A stretch of 32,000 bases of DNA from Halogeometricum borinquense DSM 11551 (GCF_000172995.2 NC_014729.1:90001-122000), one strand, 5' to 3'; counted from the stretch's first letter, positions 15,394 through 24,080 are shown. Program-made: numbers and translations. The notes: generated from the letters alone by a model not told the origin.

Positions 15394-17277
15394 TCAGCCG
15401 TCGCCCCAGACATCCGAGAGGGGGTGGTTCGACCGGTCGTCGGCGTCGTCCGACTGACTTCGAGAGCGACTGTTTTCGCCACCAGTACCGGAACGGCCGC
15501 GACTCGAAGTCGATCCAGACGACTGTCGAGACGAAGACCGTGACGAACCCGACGACCGGGACGAACCGGACGAAGACCGCGACGGCGACGAACGTGGCGA
15601 CGGACGCGACCCCGATGACCGCCCGCGTCCGCCCGCAGCCTCTTGATCGAATTCGGGCAAGTCAGGCGTACTCATCCGCCGGACCTGTTCTGCAAACCAC
15701 TCAGGCATCTCAGAGCGGGTGCGGTCGAACAACTGAAGGAGCGACGAATCTGCGAGATACGTTGCCCCGTAGTCGTCAGGTGCCCGGACGACCCGGCCGC
15801 ACGCCTGAATCACGGTTCTGAGCGCCGCGCGACGATACCACGACCACTGCCCGTCTTCGAGACGTTGGGCGACGCGCGAATCGTTCGTGTTGAGATACGG
15901 CGCTTTACAGATGACCTGCCAGCGACACAGATCACCCTTCAAGTCGAGCGCTTCCTCCATCTTCACTGAGAGGAACACGTCCGCGCCCGAGGACGCCTTC
16001 CACGTCTCCAACTCGGCGTCCCGGTTCGCCTTGTCGTGCCCGCGGATGCGACCGCCGAGACCCAACTGCGCGAGTCGCTTCCGAAGTTCAGACTGGATGG
16101 CGTACGAGTGACAGTGGACGAGGCCCTTTTCGTCTGGGTGTTTCGCCATCAGGCGAACGAGAAGGCGAGCGATCTTCGGAATCGTCTCGTCGCGGTGTTC
16201 GTACGTCATCTTTCCCTGCGTTACGTCGTACAGCGGTCGGTTCTCAACGGGGAACGTGTGTTCGACATCCACGAGCGCGACGTTCGACGGATCGAGACCG
16301 ACGCCGCGACAGAAGGCGTCTTTGTTCAGAATCGTCGCCGAGAGCAGAGCGAACTTGTTGCCCCGGTCCCAGACGGTGTGTTTGAGGTAGCGCGCCGGAT
16401 CCAGCGGTTTCGCCGTGATCGGTTCGCCCTCGCCGCCGAACTGGTCTACAACCCACGTCGTCGGACTTTCGGGATCGCGGTAATCCTCGATAAACCACTT
16501 CAACTCCGAACGGAGCTCCTGTAACCGGTCGCGCCGTGACGCCTCTTCGGGTGTGAGTTCGGATTTCGTCAGGAGTTCGTCTTTCGCGTTCGAACACACC
16601 TGTAGCAAGGCTTCGGCGAACCGAACAGTCCGTTCGAGCGGGTCGTCTGCCGTGGTCACGTTGGGTACGCCCACATCATCCCAGACGGGCACCGTATTCG
16701 GGTTCAGATCGATAGTCGCGTACATTTCAGCCCATTCTGCCAGCCCGTGGGCTTCGTCTATCACCACCACGTCGCGCTGTCGAAACACGTCGGAGCCGGC
16801 GGTCTGCATGAAGTACGCGAGCGTCATCGCCGCAATCTTCCGGTTCGAGGCGATGGCGCGGTCCGAAAAGTACGGACAGCGGTGCCTGACGGTGCAGTCG
16901 AACCCCTTCTGTCGCGCACACGGCGCACGGTCAACGGGCGTGTCCGTTTCACCGTTCAGAATACAGGTGTAGTTTGACTTGCCACGGATGATGCTCAGAT
17001 CTTCGAGCAACTCGTCTTCGGCCACGTCGTCCAACTGCGACACCTGCGGCGTCGTATAGTAAGCGTCTGTCGCCTGCGCGGGTTTCGCTTCCTCCGTCGT
17101 CCGGGCGGCACCGGCGATAGAGCGTGCGAGAAGAGACTTACCGCTCCCCGTCGGCGCGCGGACGAGAACGACGTCGTTCCCGGCGGCGAACGCGTCGCGG
17201 ATATCGCAGAGCGCTTGTTCCTGTGCCCCGCGATAGCTCGGGGCCGGAAACGACGGCAGGATTCGGTCGGGGTCCAC
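15394..17277 (-). CDS. XPD/Rad3-like (DinG-family) ATP-dependent DNA helicase with a Ser/Arg-rich C-terminal tail
   Basis: 627 aa with Walker A APTGSGKS, a DEAH box VIDEAHGL, and a four-Cys cluster between them (YTC...APC...FDC...HRC) as in the XPD Fe-S domain. C-terminal helicase motifs include QACGRVVR. Confidence 0.9.
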   Translation of the reverse strand: MDPDRILPSFPAPSYRGAQEQALCDIRDAFAAGNDVVLVRAPTGSGKSLLARSIAGAARTTEEAKPAQATDAYYTTPQVSQLDDVAEDELLEDLSIIRGKSNYTCILNGETDTPVDRAPCARQKGFDCTVRHRCPYFSDRAIASNRKIAAMTLAYFMQTAGSDVFRQRDVVVIDEAHGLAEWAEMYATIDLNPNTVPVWDDVGVPNVTTADDPLERTVRFAEALLQVCSNAKDELLTKSELTPEEASRRDRLQELRSELKWFIEDYRDPESPTTWVVDQFGGEGEPITAKPLDPARYLKHTVWDRGNKFALLSATILNKDAFCRGVGLDPSNVALVDVEHTFPVENRPLYDVTQGKMTYEHRDETIPKIARLLVRLMAKHPDEKGLVHCHSYAIQSELRKRLAQLGLGGRIRGHDKANRDAELETWKASSGADVFLSVKMEEALDLKGDLCRWQVICKAPYLNTNDSRVAQRLEDGQWSWYRRAALRTVIQACGRVVRAPDDYGATYLADSSLLQLFDRTRSEMPEWFAEQVRRMSTPDLPEFDQEAAGGRGRSSGSRPSPRSSPSRSSSGSSRSSGSSRSSSRQSSGSTSSRGRSGTGGENSRSRSQSDDADDRSNHPLSDVWGDG

Positions 17278-17339
17278 GTCCGTGACTGTCGGTCATCGGG
17301 CGTAAAAGGTTCGTTCCCGGCGGGGCCGGTTCCGCGTTC

Positions 17340-17543
17340 TCACAGCGACCGTACGTCGTCGCTCGTTACCACGCGGTCGTCAGGCAACTGGTCGATGCAG
17401 TCATAGCAGAGGAAGAACTCGCCGCCGTCTTCGAGTTCGAGTGTGATCCCCTGCGTGGATTCGTTCGAGAACGACCAGAAGTCGCCGATTCCGCCGCCGA
17501 TACGGACAGACTTCCCACAGCCGTCACACGGTTCTGTCGTCAC
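17340..17543 (-). CDS. Small zinc-ribbon protein (67 aa)
   Basis: A GTG start at 17543 gives MTTEPCDGCGKSV...FFLCYDCIDQL..., an acidic protein with two CxxC pairs. A TATA-like CTTATTT lies about 27 nt upstream of this GTG. The 138-aa version is Arg-rich and overlaps the divergent gene. Confidence 0.55.
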   Translation of the reverse strand: MTTEPCDGCGKSVRIGGGIGDFWSFSNESTQGITLELEDGGEFFLCYDCIDQLPDDRVVTSDDVRSL

Positions 17544-17564
17544 GTCTGAGGAGACGGCGTCGAG

Positions 17565-17571
17565 AAATAAG
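17565..17571 (-). promoter_or_regulatory. TATA-like box (CTTATTT on the minus strand) for the zinc-ribbon gene
   Basis: The spacing to GTG 17543 matches the other leaderless genes in the window. Confidence 0.4.
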
Positions 17572-17675
17572 AGTGGTCGGTCTGCACAACGCGGAAGCGA
17601 CCGGCAAGCGTCGTATCTAGACACCGGAACAACCGACCGCGATACCGCTTTTCTTGTGAGGTAGTACCGTAGTTC

Positions 17676-18593
17676 ATGGGCATGAAGGTCAACTGCGAGG
17701 GGTGTGCCGGGTGCTGTATCGACTGGCGTCCGGTGTCGCCTGCGCCTTCCAATCACGAGCGTCGCGGCCCAAGAGAGCCGTTAGACGACGTGTACAACCT
17801 CGTTCCGCTGACACGCGACGAGATTGCGGCGTTCGTGCGCGACGGATTCGGCGACGTGCTAGTCCCGCGGATGTGGGAGGCGACGCCGGACGCGGACGCC
17901 GCTGTCGAGATAGACGGCGTCGAAGTTGCGGCTATCGGCGGGAAGCCCGCGTTCTTCGTCGGCCTCCGGAAGCCGCCGAAGCCCGTCACACCGTTCGGCA
18001 CCGAGCAGACGTGGTTGCACGCCTGCGTCTTCTTGGATCCCGAGACGCTCCAGTGTCGCATCCACGGCGACGAAATGTATCCCAGCGAGTGCCGCGACTA
18101 TCCCGGGCACAATCTGGCGCTCGGGACAGAATCGGAGTGCGAGCGCGTAGAGGAGGAGTTCGGGGACGACAGGCTGCTCGACGGTGATGCGCCGGACGTG
18201 AGCGGACTGCTCCTCGGTCCGCACGCCGTCGGATCGAAGGTGTTCGCCTATCCCGACCCCGAAGCACTCGCTGGAACGGTCGAGCAGATGCGGCGCGGCG
18301 ACCTGACCGATGCAGACCGCGCGGCGTTCGTTGGTGTTGCTGTCGGGTCACGCCCGGGTTCGACGGACGTTGATACGGCGCGCGTCGAGGCGGTGAAAAC
18401 GACAGTCCTCGAAGCCGAGTCGTGGGCTGGCACGGCCGCCGAAGCGTGGACGGAACTGTCAGGTGTTGTTGGCGACGACGCGGCGGACGCTCCAGACGGT
18501 GCGAGTGTCGAAGTCGGTCGCGGCGCACCGGAGACAGCTGGTTGGGATGACGCCGAATATTCTGGATGGGACGACGCCGAGTACTCTGGATAG
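17676..18593 (+). CDS. YkgJ/UPF0153-type cysteine-cluster protein
   Basis: N-terminal CEGCAGCCIDW (CxxCxxCC) and a later C...C...C set (HACVFLDPETLQCRIHG...PSECRDYP), typical of the family. The acidic C-terminal extension ends in a tandem GWDDAEYS repeat. Confidence 0.8.
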   Translation: MGMKVNCEGCAGCCIDWRPVSPAPSNHERRGPREPLDDVYNLVPLTRDEIAAFVRDGFGDVLVPRMWEATPDADAAVEIDGVEVAAIGGKPAFFVGLRKPPKPVTPFGTEQTWLHACVFLDPETLQCRIHGDEMYPSECRDYPGHNLALGTESECERVEEEFGDDRLLDGDAPDVSGLLLGPHAVGSKVFAYPDPEALAGTVEQMRRGDLTDADRAAFVGVAVGSRPGSTDVDTARVEAVKTTVLEAESWAGTAAEAWTELSGVVGDDAADAPDGASVEVGRGAPETAGWDDAEYSGWDDAEYSG

Positions 18594-18689
18594 GACGACC
18601 GCGGATACTCCCGGACGAGACGACGGCGGAGGAGCGCCGTCTCCGTATCGGCGCGAACTGTTAACACGGTACCGTCCGTTGGAAGCGAT

Positions 18690-19745
18690 ATGAAAGTCCT
18701 CGTGACGGGAGCGACAGGATTCGTCGGCAGTCGTCTCGTCCGCGCCCTCTTAGACGACGGACACGAGGTATCGGCCCTCGTTCGAGATGCGTCGAACGCG
18801 GAACTTCCCGCGGACGTGCACGTCATCGAAGGCGACCTACTGGAGACGGGTGGCTTCCATCTCGTCGATGACGGAGACACTGGAAACGGCGGAAACGCCG
18901 ACCTGCGCGAAAGCGACGACCGGACGTTCGAGGACTGCCTTTCTGCGCTCGGAATCGAGGCCGCGTACTACCTCGTCCACTCGATGCAGTCGGGGTCAGA
19001 CTTCGAAGAACGCGACAGACGTGCCGCACGACACTTCGAGCGAGGGGTTTCCGCGGCAAGCGTCGAACGAGTGGTCTACCTCGGTGGACTCGGTGAGGAA
19101 CGCGACCACCTCTCGCCGCATCTGCGTTCGCGGCGCGAAGTAGAGTACGTTCTCGGCGAGGGCGATTACGACCTGACGACGCTCCGGGCCGCCATCATCA
19201 TCGGCGACGGAAGCGCGAGTTTCGAGGTGATTCGCCAACTCGCCGATCGCCTCCCGGTGATGGTGACGCCGCGGTGGGTGGATACGGAGTGTCAGCCCAT
19301 CTACGTCGATGACGTGGTGGCATACCTCGTCGGCGTGCTCGACGCACCCGAAACCGCCGGAGAGACATACGAAATCGGTGGTCCCGACGTGTTGACCTAC
19401 GGCGAAGTTCTGAAACGGGTCGGCGAACACCTCGACCGTCAGACGCGCCTCGTCTCAGTCCCCGTGTTAACTCCACGTCTCTCCTCGTACTGGGTCAGTC
19501 TCGTCACCAACGTCCCCACCTCGGTTTCCAGACCGCTCATCGAGGGCCTGAAAAACCCCGTTGTCGTCCGCGATGACAGTATCAAACGACACGTCGAAGT
19601 CGAGTTGACACCGTTCGACGAAGCGGTTACGCGTGCCCTCGGAGCGGTCAGCGAGTCCGACACTGAACCGGCGGTCGAACCGGTCGAAACGGTGGGCGAA
19701 GACGGGTCAGATCTTGAATCGAGTGCGGGTTCGGCCGATACCTGA
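18690..19745 (+). CDS. NAD(P)-binding Rossmann protein (NmrA/atypical SDR-like)
   Basis: MKVLVTGATGFVGSRLV contains the glycine-rich dinucleotide-binding motif. Total length 351 aa with an acidic C-terminal tail. Confidence 0.85.
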   Translation: MKVLVTGATGFVGSRLVRALLDDGHEVSALVRDASNAELPADVHVIEGDLLETGGFHLVDDGDTGNGGNADLRESDDRTFEDCLSALGIEAAYYLVHSMQSGSDFEERDRRAARHFERGVSAASVERVVYLGGLGEERDHLSPHLRSRREVEYVLGEGDYDLTTLRAAIIIGDGSASFEVIRQLADRLPVMVTPRWVDTECQPIYVDDVVAYLVGVLDAPETAGETYEIGGPDVLTYGEVLKRVGEHLDRQTRLVSVPVLTPRLSSYWVSLVTNVPTSVSRPLIEGLKNPVVVRDDSIKRHVEVELTPFDEAVTRALGAVSESDTEPAVEPVETVGEDGSDLESSAGSADT

Positions 19746-20468
19746 ATGTCGCGCCCCCCAGGAGAAGCGAGGATGACCCGCACGCAGTTCGGTGAGACGT
19801 GGGTGTACGAGAGTATCGTCGGCGCGCTTCCGGGAATCCACCTGACGGATGGGGAAGCCATTGCTCTGCAACTCGGTCTGTTCGAGGTGTTTGTCGTCTT
19901 CTTCGCGTGGGCGTACGACCTCTGGGAAGCAGTTCTCCCGGGCAGTATCGCGGTCGGCGTCGCAGCGGTCGGAAGCGTCGTGATGCTCCGGATGGGCCAG
20001 ACGACGAGAGAGACGAATCTCCCCGACGCTTACACGCGACTGCTGTTCGGATCGAGCATCGAAGTGGTTCTCGGCGTCTTGGCGTTCGTCGCCCTCGTGA
20101 CACATCTGTTCGTATACGACCCACGACAGAGTGGAACAACGCTGTTTGTCTCTCTGTTCGGCCGAGAACCGCCGGTTATCGTCGTCTACCTGACGCTGTT
20201 AGTTCTCTGGGACCTCTGCTACCGCATCGGAACGTCGTGGTGGGCCGCCATCGTCTCGCTGTGGGGATCACTGCGGTTCACTGTGGACTCGACGACAGCG
20301 CAAACGCTCCGCGTGGCTGACGCATGGAACGTTATTTTCGGGATCGCACAACTCGCACTCGTTCCGTTTATCCTCAACCAGCGAATGCTGTTGCTCGCTG
20401 TGGCCGGTCACGTCGTCGCCGTTACGGTCGTCTCGACGGTTGCCGCAGTGACTATGAGAATCGAGTGA
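19746..20468 (+). CDS. Integral membrane protein, unknown function
   Basis: 240 aa with about 6 hydrophobic helices. The ATG directly abuts the upstream stop (TGAATG), suggesting co-translation with the NAD(P)-binding protein. An alternative ATG is at 19773. Confidence 0.65.
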   Translation: MSRPPGEARMTRTQFGETWVYESIVGALPGIHLTDGEAIALQLGLFEVFVVFFAWAYDLWEAVLPGSIAVGVAAVGSVVMLRMGQTTRETNLPDAYTRLLFGSSIEVVLGVLAFVALVTHLFVYDPRQSGTTLFVSLFGREPPVIVVYLTLLVLWDLCYRIGTSWWAAIVSLWGSLRFTVDSTTAQTLRVADAWNVIFGIAQLALVPFILNQRMLLLAVAGHVVAVTVVSTVAAVTMRIE

Positions 20469-20473
20469 TTGGA

Positions 20474-20647
20474 TTACGTGTCCTTCATTTCACGGAACTT
20501 GTCGAGGAGTGCTTCCGTGGAGTCGCCGGAGTCGTAGGTTACCTCACCGTGGTATACCGTTCGGTCGTCGTCGAACGTCGCATCGACTGAGCCGTTCTTT
20601 CGCTCTCGGCGCTCGTGTTCGTCTTCGTCGTAGGCACCCATTGACAT
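20474..20647 (-). CDS. Small acidic protein (57 aa; recalled as DUF5786-like)
   Basis: MSMGAYDEDEHERRERKNGSVDATFDDDRTVYHGEV... The start is set at ATG 20647, with an AT-rich box about 27 nt upstream. The family name is from memory only. Confidence 0.6.
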   Translation of the reverse strand: MSMGAYDEDEHERRERKNGSVDATFDDDRTVYHGEVTYDSGDSTEALLDKFREMKDT

Positions 20648-20748
20648 GATACACCATAACTTGGGAATCTTAGTCACATATAATTATCGGTGAAGGATAT
20701 CTCTGATGACGCGGAACCGATAAACCGCCTCCCGAATAAGTAGGCCGC

Positions 20749-21738
20749 GTGGCACGCCCGCTGCGATTTCGCTATGCGCCGGGACGATGGGATGAGGCCC
20801 GCGTCCGGCGTGACATTTACGACGACCTCGACTCGAATCTCGGCGCGACGAAGGAGACGCCGTGGTTCAAACCGCCGGCCGACTTCGAAGCAGTGCGGTT
20901 CGAGATGAACAACGGAGACATCGCGCTGTTCTGCTGGAACGACGACACCGCATACTGGATGGGAAACACTGAGACGCCCGAAGCGCTCTGGCGGACGGAC
21001 AAAAAGGGCTTCTCGGAGGTCCCCCACAGCGTCTCTCGGTGGGTGACGCGCGAACTGACCGCGCAACTGCACGAGGAGTCGCCGTGGTTGGAACCGTATC
21101 CGCATCTCTCGTGGTTCTTTCTTCCAGTGTTTCTCTCGAAGGACGGCCGAGAGACGACGCGTGAGTTCTTCCACGACCACGCCGCTGGGTTCCCCGACGC
21201 GACGCGCGACGAGGCGTTATCGTTCTACGAAGGGTTCCTCGCTACGGGTGTCCTCGACGACCACCGCGAGGTGATGGCCGGCAAACTCGGTACCTCCGAG
21301 TATCTCGATCTGACGCGGATGACTGCCGCGATGGGCGAGTTCAATGCCGGAAAACTCCTCGTTGACGCGGGCTACGACATCGTTCCCGAGATAGACGTCA
21401 CAACCGGGCACGCCATCGACTACCGCGCCTCTCGGAACGGTGACGGGACACTCGTCGAAGTGACGCGACCGCTTCCGACGAGTAAGCGCAGTGCCGGGAC
21501 GCCCGTCGCCGCGGTGCGCGATACCGCTGAGACGAAATCCGGCGGGCAGTTAGAGGAACACGGCGGCGGCGTCGTCCTGTTCGTGGACTGTTCGTCGTTC
21601 CCGGACGATGACTGGTTCTCCGTCCGCGACGAGAAACCCGAGGTTCACCACCGCCCGGCCGTCGTCTTCCGCGTCCGACCGTCCGGCCGATTCGAGGGCT
21701 ACACGAAGGGGCGCGTCCCCCTCGACATTCCGTTCTAG
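20749..21738 (+). CDS. Conserved protein of unknown function (329 aa; recalled as DUF5784-like)
   Basis: Long acidic, W-rich ORF with haloarchaeal codon bias and a GTG start. A GATAAA box lies about 27 nt upstream. No catalytic motif is recognisable by eye. Confidence 0.7.
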   Translation: MARPLRFRYAPGRWDEARVRRDIYDDLDSNLGATKETPWFKPPADFEAVRFEMNNGDIALFCWNDDTAYWMGNTETPEALWRTDKKGFSEVPHSVSRWVTRELTAQLHEESPWLEPYPHLSWFFLPVFLSKDGRETTREFFHDHAAGFPDATRDEALSFYEGFLATGVLDDHREVMAGKLGTSEYLDLTRMTAAMGEFNAGKLLVDAGYDIVPEIDVTTGHAIDYRASRNGDGTLVEVTRPLPTSKRSAGTPVAAVRDTAETKSGGQLEEHGGGVVLFVDCSSFPDDDWFSVRDEKPEVHHRPAVVFRVRPSGRFEGYTKGRVPLDIPF

Positions 21739-22019
21739 AAAGAGACCTGTTGCGGCCCGTCCTCTCCGAACGTAGAGACGTCACGGTCGCTGTAATAGCG
21801 ACGACCGATAGCCTCGTGGCCCAAACCGCAAAGGAGTGCGTTGCGTGCATCGTCGGCGCAGGTGTACGTCTCGAACCCCGCACGGGCGAACACGTCGCCG
21901 AGTTGCTCGCTACCGTTGGGGTGTTCGATGGTCTGGTCGCCGTATGCCTCGATGAGTTCTTCTGTGGTCGCCGGGAACTCGTGGGCGTTGATGAGTTCGT
22001 CGGTACGGTTCAGGCGCAT
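21735..22019 (-). CDS. Small acidic protein (94 aa; recalled as DUF5789/DUF2795-like)
   Basis: MRLNRTDELINAHEFPATTEELIEAYGD... has a good coding signature. Its stop overlaps the convergent gene's stop within the palindrome CTAG. Confidence 0.7.
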   Translation of the reverse strand: MRLNRTDELINAHEFPATTEELIEAYGDQTIEHPNGSEQLGDVFARAGFETYTCADDARNALLCGLGHEAIGRRYYSDRDVSTFGEDGPQQVSF

Positions 22020-22117
22020 TACACCCAGTCATACCCTATCGCTATTCTTAATGATTTTCCATTATCGTGATTGTACACATAATATACCTAGTGTGTGTTG
22101 GTATGGCATATTAGGAA

Positions 22118-22990
22118 ATGACGGAAAACGCTTTCACCGACGACCGACCACTCACGGCCGTGATTCGAGACCGGAACGGCGATTTCGACGGCGACGAACC
22201 CGTGGCGGACCTCCATCTGCACACAACGGCGTCCGACGGCGTCTTGACGATTGCAGAGGTCCCCGATGCAGCCGTCGCGGGCGGTGTAGAGGTCGTAGCG
22301 GTGACGGACCACGACCGTGTCCATCCGGACCTCGACGCACCCGTCACCGAGCGCGACGGCGTGACGATGATTCGCGGGGTCGAACTGCGCGTCGAAACGC
22401 CCGAACAACGACTTGATCTGCTCGGATACGCCGTCCGCGACACGCCGGCCATTCGAGAAGTGACAGAACGCATTCAGACCGACCGGAAGGAACGCGGTCG
22501 GAAGATTGTCGAGAACGTGGAGTCGCACCTCGACGTCGAACTCGACATCGAACTCCGCGAGGGAATCGGCCGTCCGAACATCGCCCGTGCTATCGAGGGG
22601 AGCGACGCCCCATACGACTACGAAGACGCGTTTGCCCACCTCATCGGAAACGACGGCCCATGCTACGTCCAGCGGTACGTCCCCGACTTCGAGACGGGTG
22701 TTGCGGCCCTCAGAGAGTCGTGCGCCGTCGTCGGTCTTGCGCACCCGTTCCGCTATCCCGATCCCGAAGCAGCGCTGGAACGCGCCGCTGAACTCGACGC
22801 TGTCGAGCGATTCTATCCCTACGGCGGTGGAAGCGCGGCGAAAGAAGATGTGGAACTAGTCGAGCGCATCGCCGCCGCCAACGACTTGCTCTTGACCGGC
22901 GGGAGTGACGCGCACGATAGAACGCTGGGTGTCGCGGGTCCAACCGAGGACGCGTTCGCCGCGTTCGCCGCGCGCGTGCCGGGCGTCTGA
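22118..22990 (+). CDS. PHP-domain metal-dependent phosphoesterase
   Basis: DLHLHTTASDG and VVAVTDHD are N-terminal PHP motifs. GLAHP and GGSDAHD are C-terminal metal ligands. Confidence 0.85.
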   Translation: MTENAFTDDRPLTAVIRDRNGDFDGDEPVADLHLHTTASDGVLTIAEVPDAAVAGGVEVVAVTDHDRVHPDLDAPVTERDGVTMIRGVELRVETPEQRLDLLGYAVRDTPAIREVTERIQTDRKERGRKIVENVESHLDVELDIELREGIGRPNIARAIEGSDAPYDYEDAFAHLIGNDGPCYVQRYVPDFETGVAALRESCAVVGLAHPFRYPDPEAALERAAELDAVERFYPYGGGSAAKEDVELVERIAAANDLLLTGGSDAHDRTLGVAGPTEDAFAAFAARVPGV

Positions 22991-23055
22991 CGCGGAGTCT
23001 CGGTCCCGATAACCGGGAGCGTAGAGTTAAATCGGGTGAGGAACGAAGGGGGAGT

Positions 23056-23220
23056 ATGAAGTGCCACTACTGCGAGCGAGACGCCGCGTACGCCGCCGAA
23101 AAGGATGGGATAAAGGTGGGTCTCTGTGAACGGCACTTCCGAGAGCGTGTCGAGGAACTCGCTGACTCCGAGGAACTCGCCGCCCTGCGGGAGCAAATCG
23201 ACATTGACCGAACGGAGTAA
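23056..23220 (+). CDS. Small Cys/His protein (54 aa, below the ORF-track cutoff)
   Basis: Hand translation gives MKCHYCERDAAYAAEKDGIKVGLCERHFRERVEELADSEELAALREQIDIDRTE*. CxxC plus CxxH could form a zinc knuckle. It has an acidic tail and high GC3. GTTAAAT lies about 27 nt upstream and a GGGGGAG stretch lies just before the ATG. Confidence 0.55.
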   Translation: MKCHYCERDAAYAAEKDGIKVGLCERHFRERVEELADSEELAALREQIDIDRTE

Positions 23221-23293
23221 GCGTCTGTAAACGAGACCGCGGTTGGAATCGACGTCTTTCCACGACCGACCGTGGAACGTTCTGCGAGCGTAG

Positions 23294-23506
23294 TCAACCG
23301 AGGAGGAACCACGCGAAACCGAAAAGTGCCAACGCGGCTCCGCCGACTCGATTGAATAGGACCTTCCAATCCGACGGTTCGACCTCTGACCACGAGCGCT
23401 TACTACCCAAAGAGTCGAGTCGCTCTTCGAACCGGGCGAGGCGATACGGGAGCAGGGCCATCGGGAGACCTAGAATAACAAAAATAATACCTTGAGGATT
23501 TGCCAT
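23294..23506 (-). CDS. Small two-TM membrane protein (70 aa)
   Basis: MANPQGIIFVILGLPMALLPY...GGAALALFGFAWFLLG has two hydrophobic helices. The AT box AAAATTATC lies about 27 nt upstream of ATG 23506, so this start is preferred over 23524. Confidence 0.5.
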   Translation of the reverse strand: MANPQGIIFVILGLPMALLPYRLARFEERLDSLGSKRSWSEVEPSDWKVLFNRVGGAALALFGFAWFLLG

Positions 23507-23564
23507 ATTTGGAAAACTAGTCAATTGAAAGATAATTTTTGCGGGAGAACCGTTCAGAGATAGC

Positions 23565-24080
23565 CTACACCAGCGTATCGAAGTAGACGTACAGCGCCGC
23601 GAGGATCACCTCGAACGAGAGCGTGCCGACCGCCGAGAGGGCGACAAACTGCCGGTCGTCCATCTCGGCGAATCCGGCGGGGACGGTGAGCATCCCGCGC
23701 GTGAACAGCAGGGTGTTGCTCACCGGAACGACGATGGGACCCCAGCGTTCGAACCAGCCGTCAAAACGGTCCAGTTTCGACTCGCTGACGGCGAACCATC
23801 GCTTCTGGAGGAGGTACTCGCGGCCGCCGCGTTGGGCGACTTTGAACAGGGCATACTGTCCAATAGTCGCCCCGAGGACGGCGATCCCGATGACCGCGAC
23901 GGCAGCGTCGGTGCCGAGGAGGACGAGCGAACCGGGGACGATGAGTTCGCTCGGCATGAAGTACATCAGCATCGCGCCTTCGAGGACGAACACGCCGAAG
24001 AGGACGAGATAGGCCCACTCGGAGTGCAACAGCGCCTGCAGTTCGTCGGGCATCTGCGCCACCTGAAGCGGGGCCTGCAT
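23565..24080 (-). CDS. DedA/VTT-domain membrane protein
   Basis: LVLFGVFVLEGAMLMYFMPSELIVPGSLVLLG...GQYALFKVAQRGGREYL fits the DedA pattern. The start is set at MQAPLQ (24080); ATG 24104 is possible. Confidence 0.78.
   Translation of the reverse strand: MQAPLQVAQMPDELQALLHSEWAYLVLFGVFVLEGAMLMYFMPSELIVPGSLVLLGTDAAVAVIGIAVLGATIGQYALFKVAQRGGREYLLQKRWFAVSESKLDRFDGWFERWGPIVVPVSNTLLFTRGMLTVPAGFAEMDDRQFVALSAVGTLSFEVILAALYVYFDTLV

Noticed and set aside
17544-17756. N-terminal 71-aa extension of the zinc-ribbon ORF (138-aa version).
   Set aside because: The extension is Arg-rich, overlaps the start of the divergent YkgJ gene, and swallows the TATA-like box that fits the internal GTG start.
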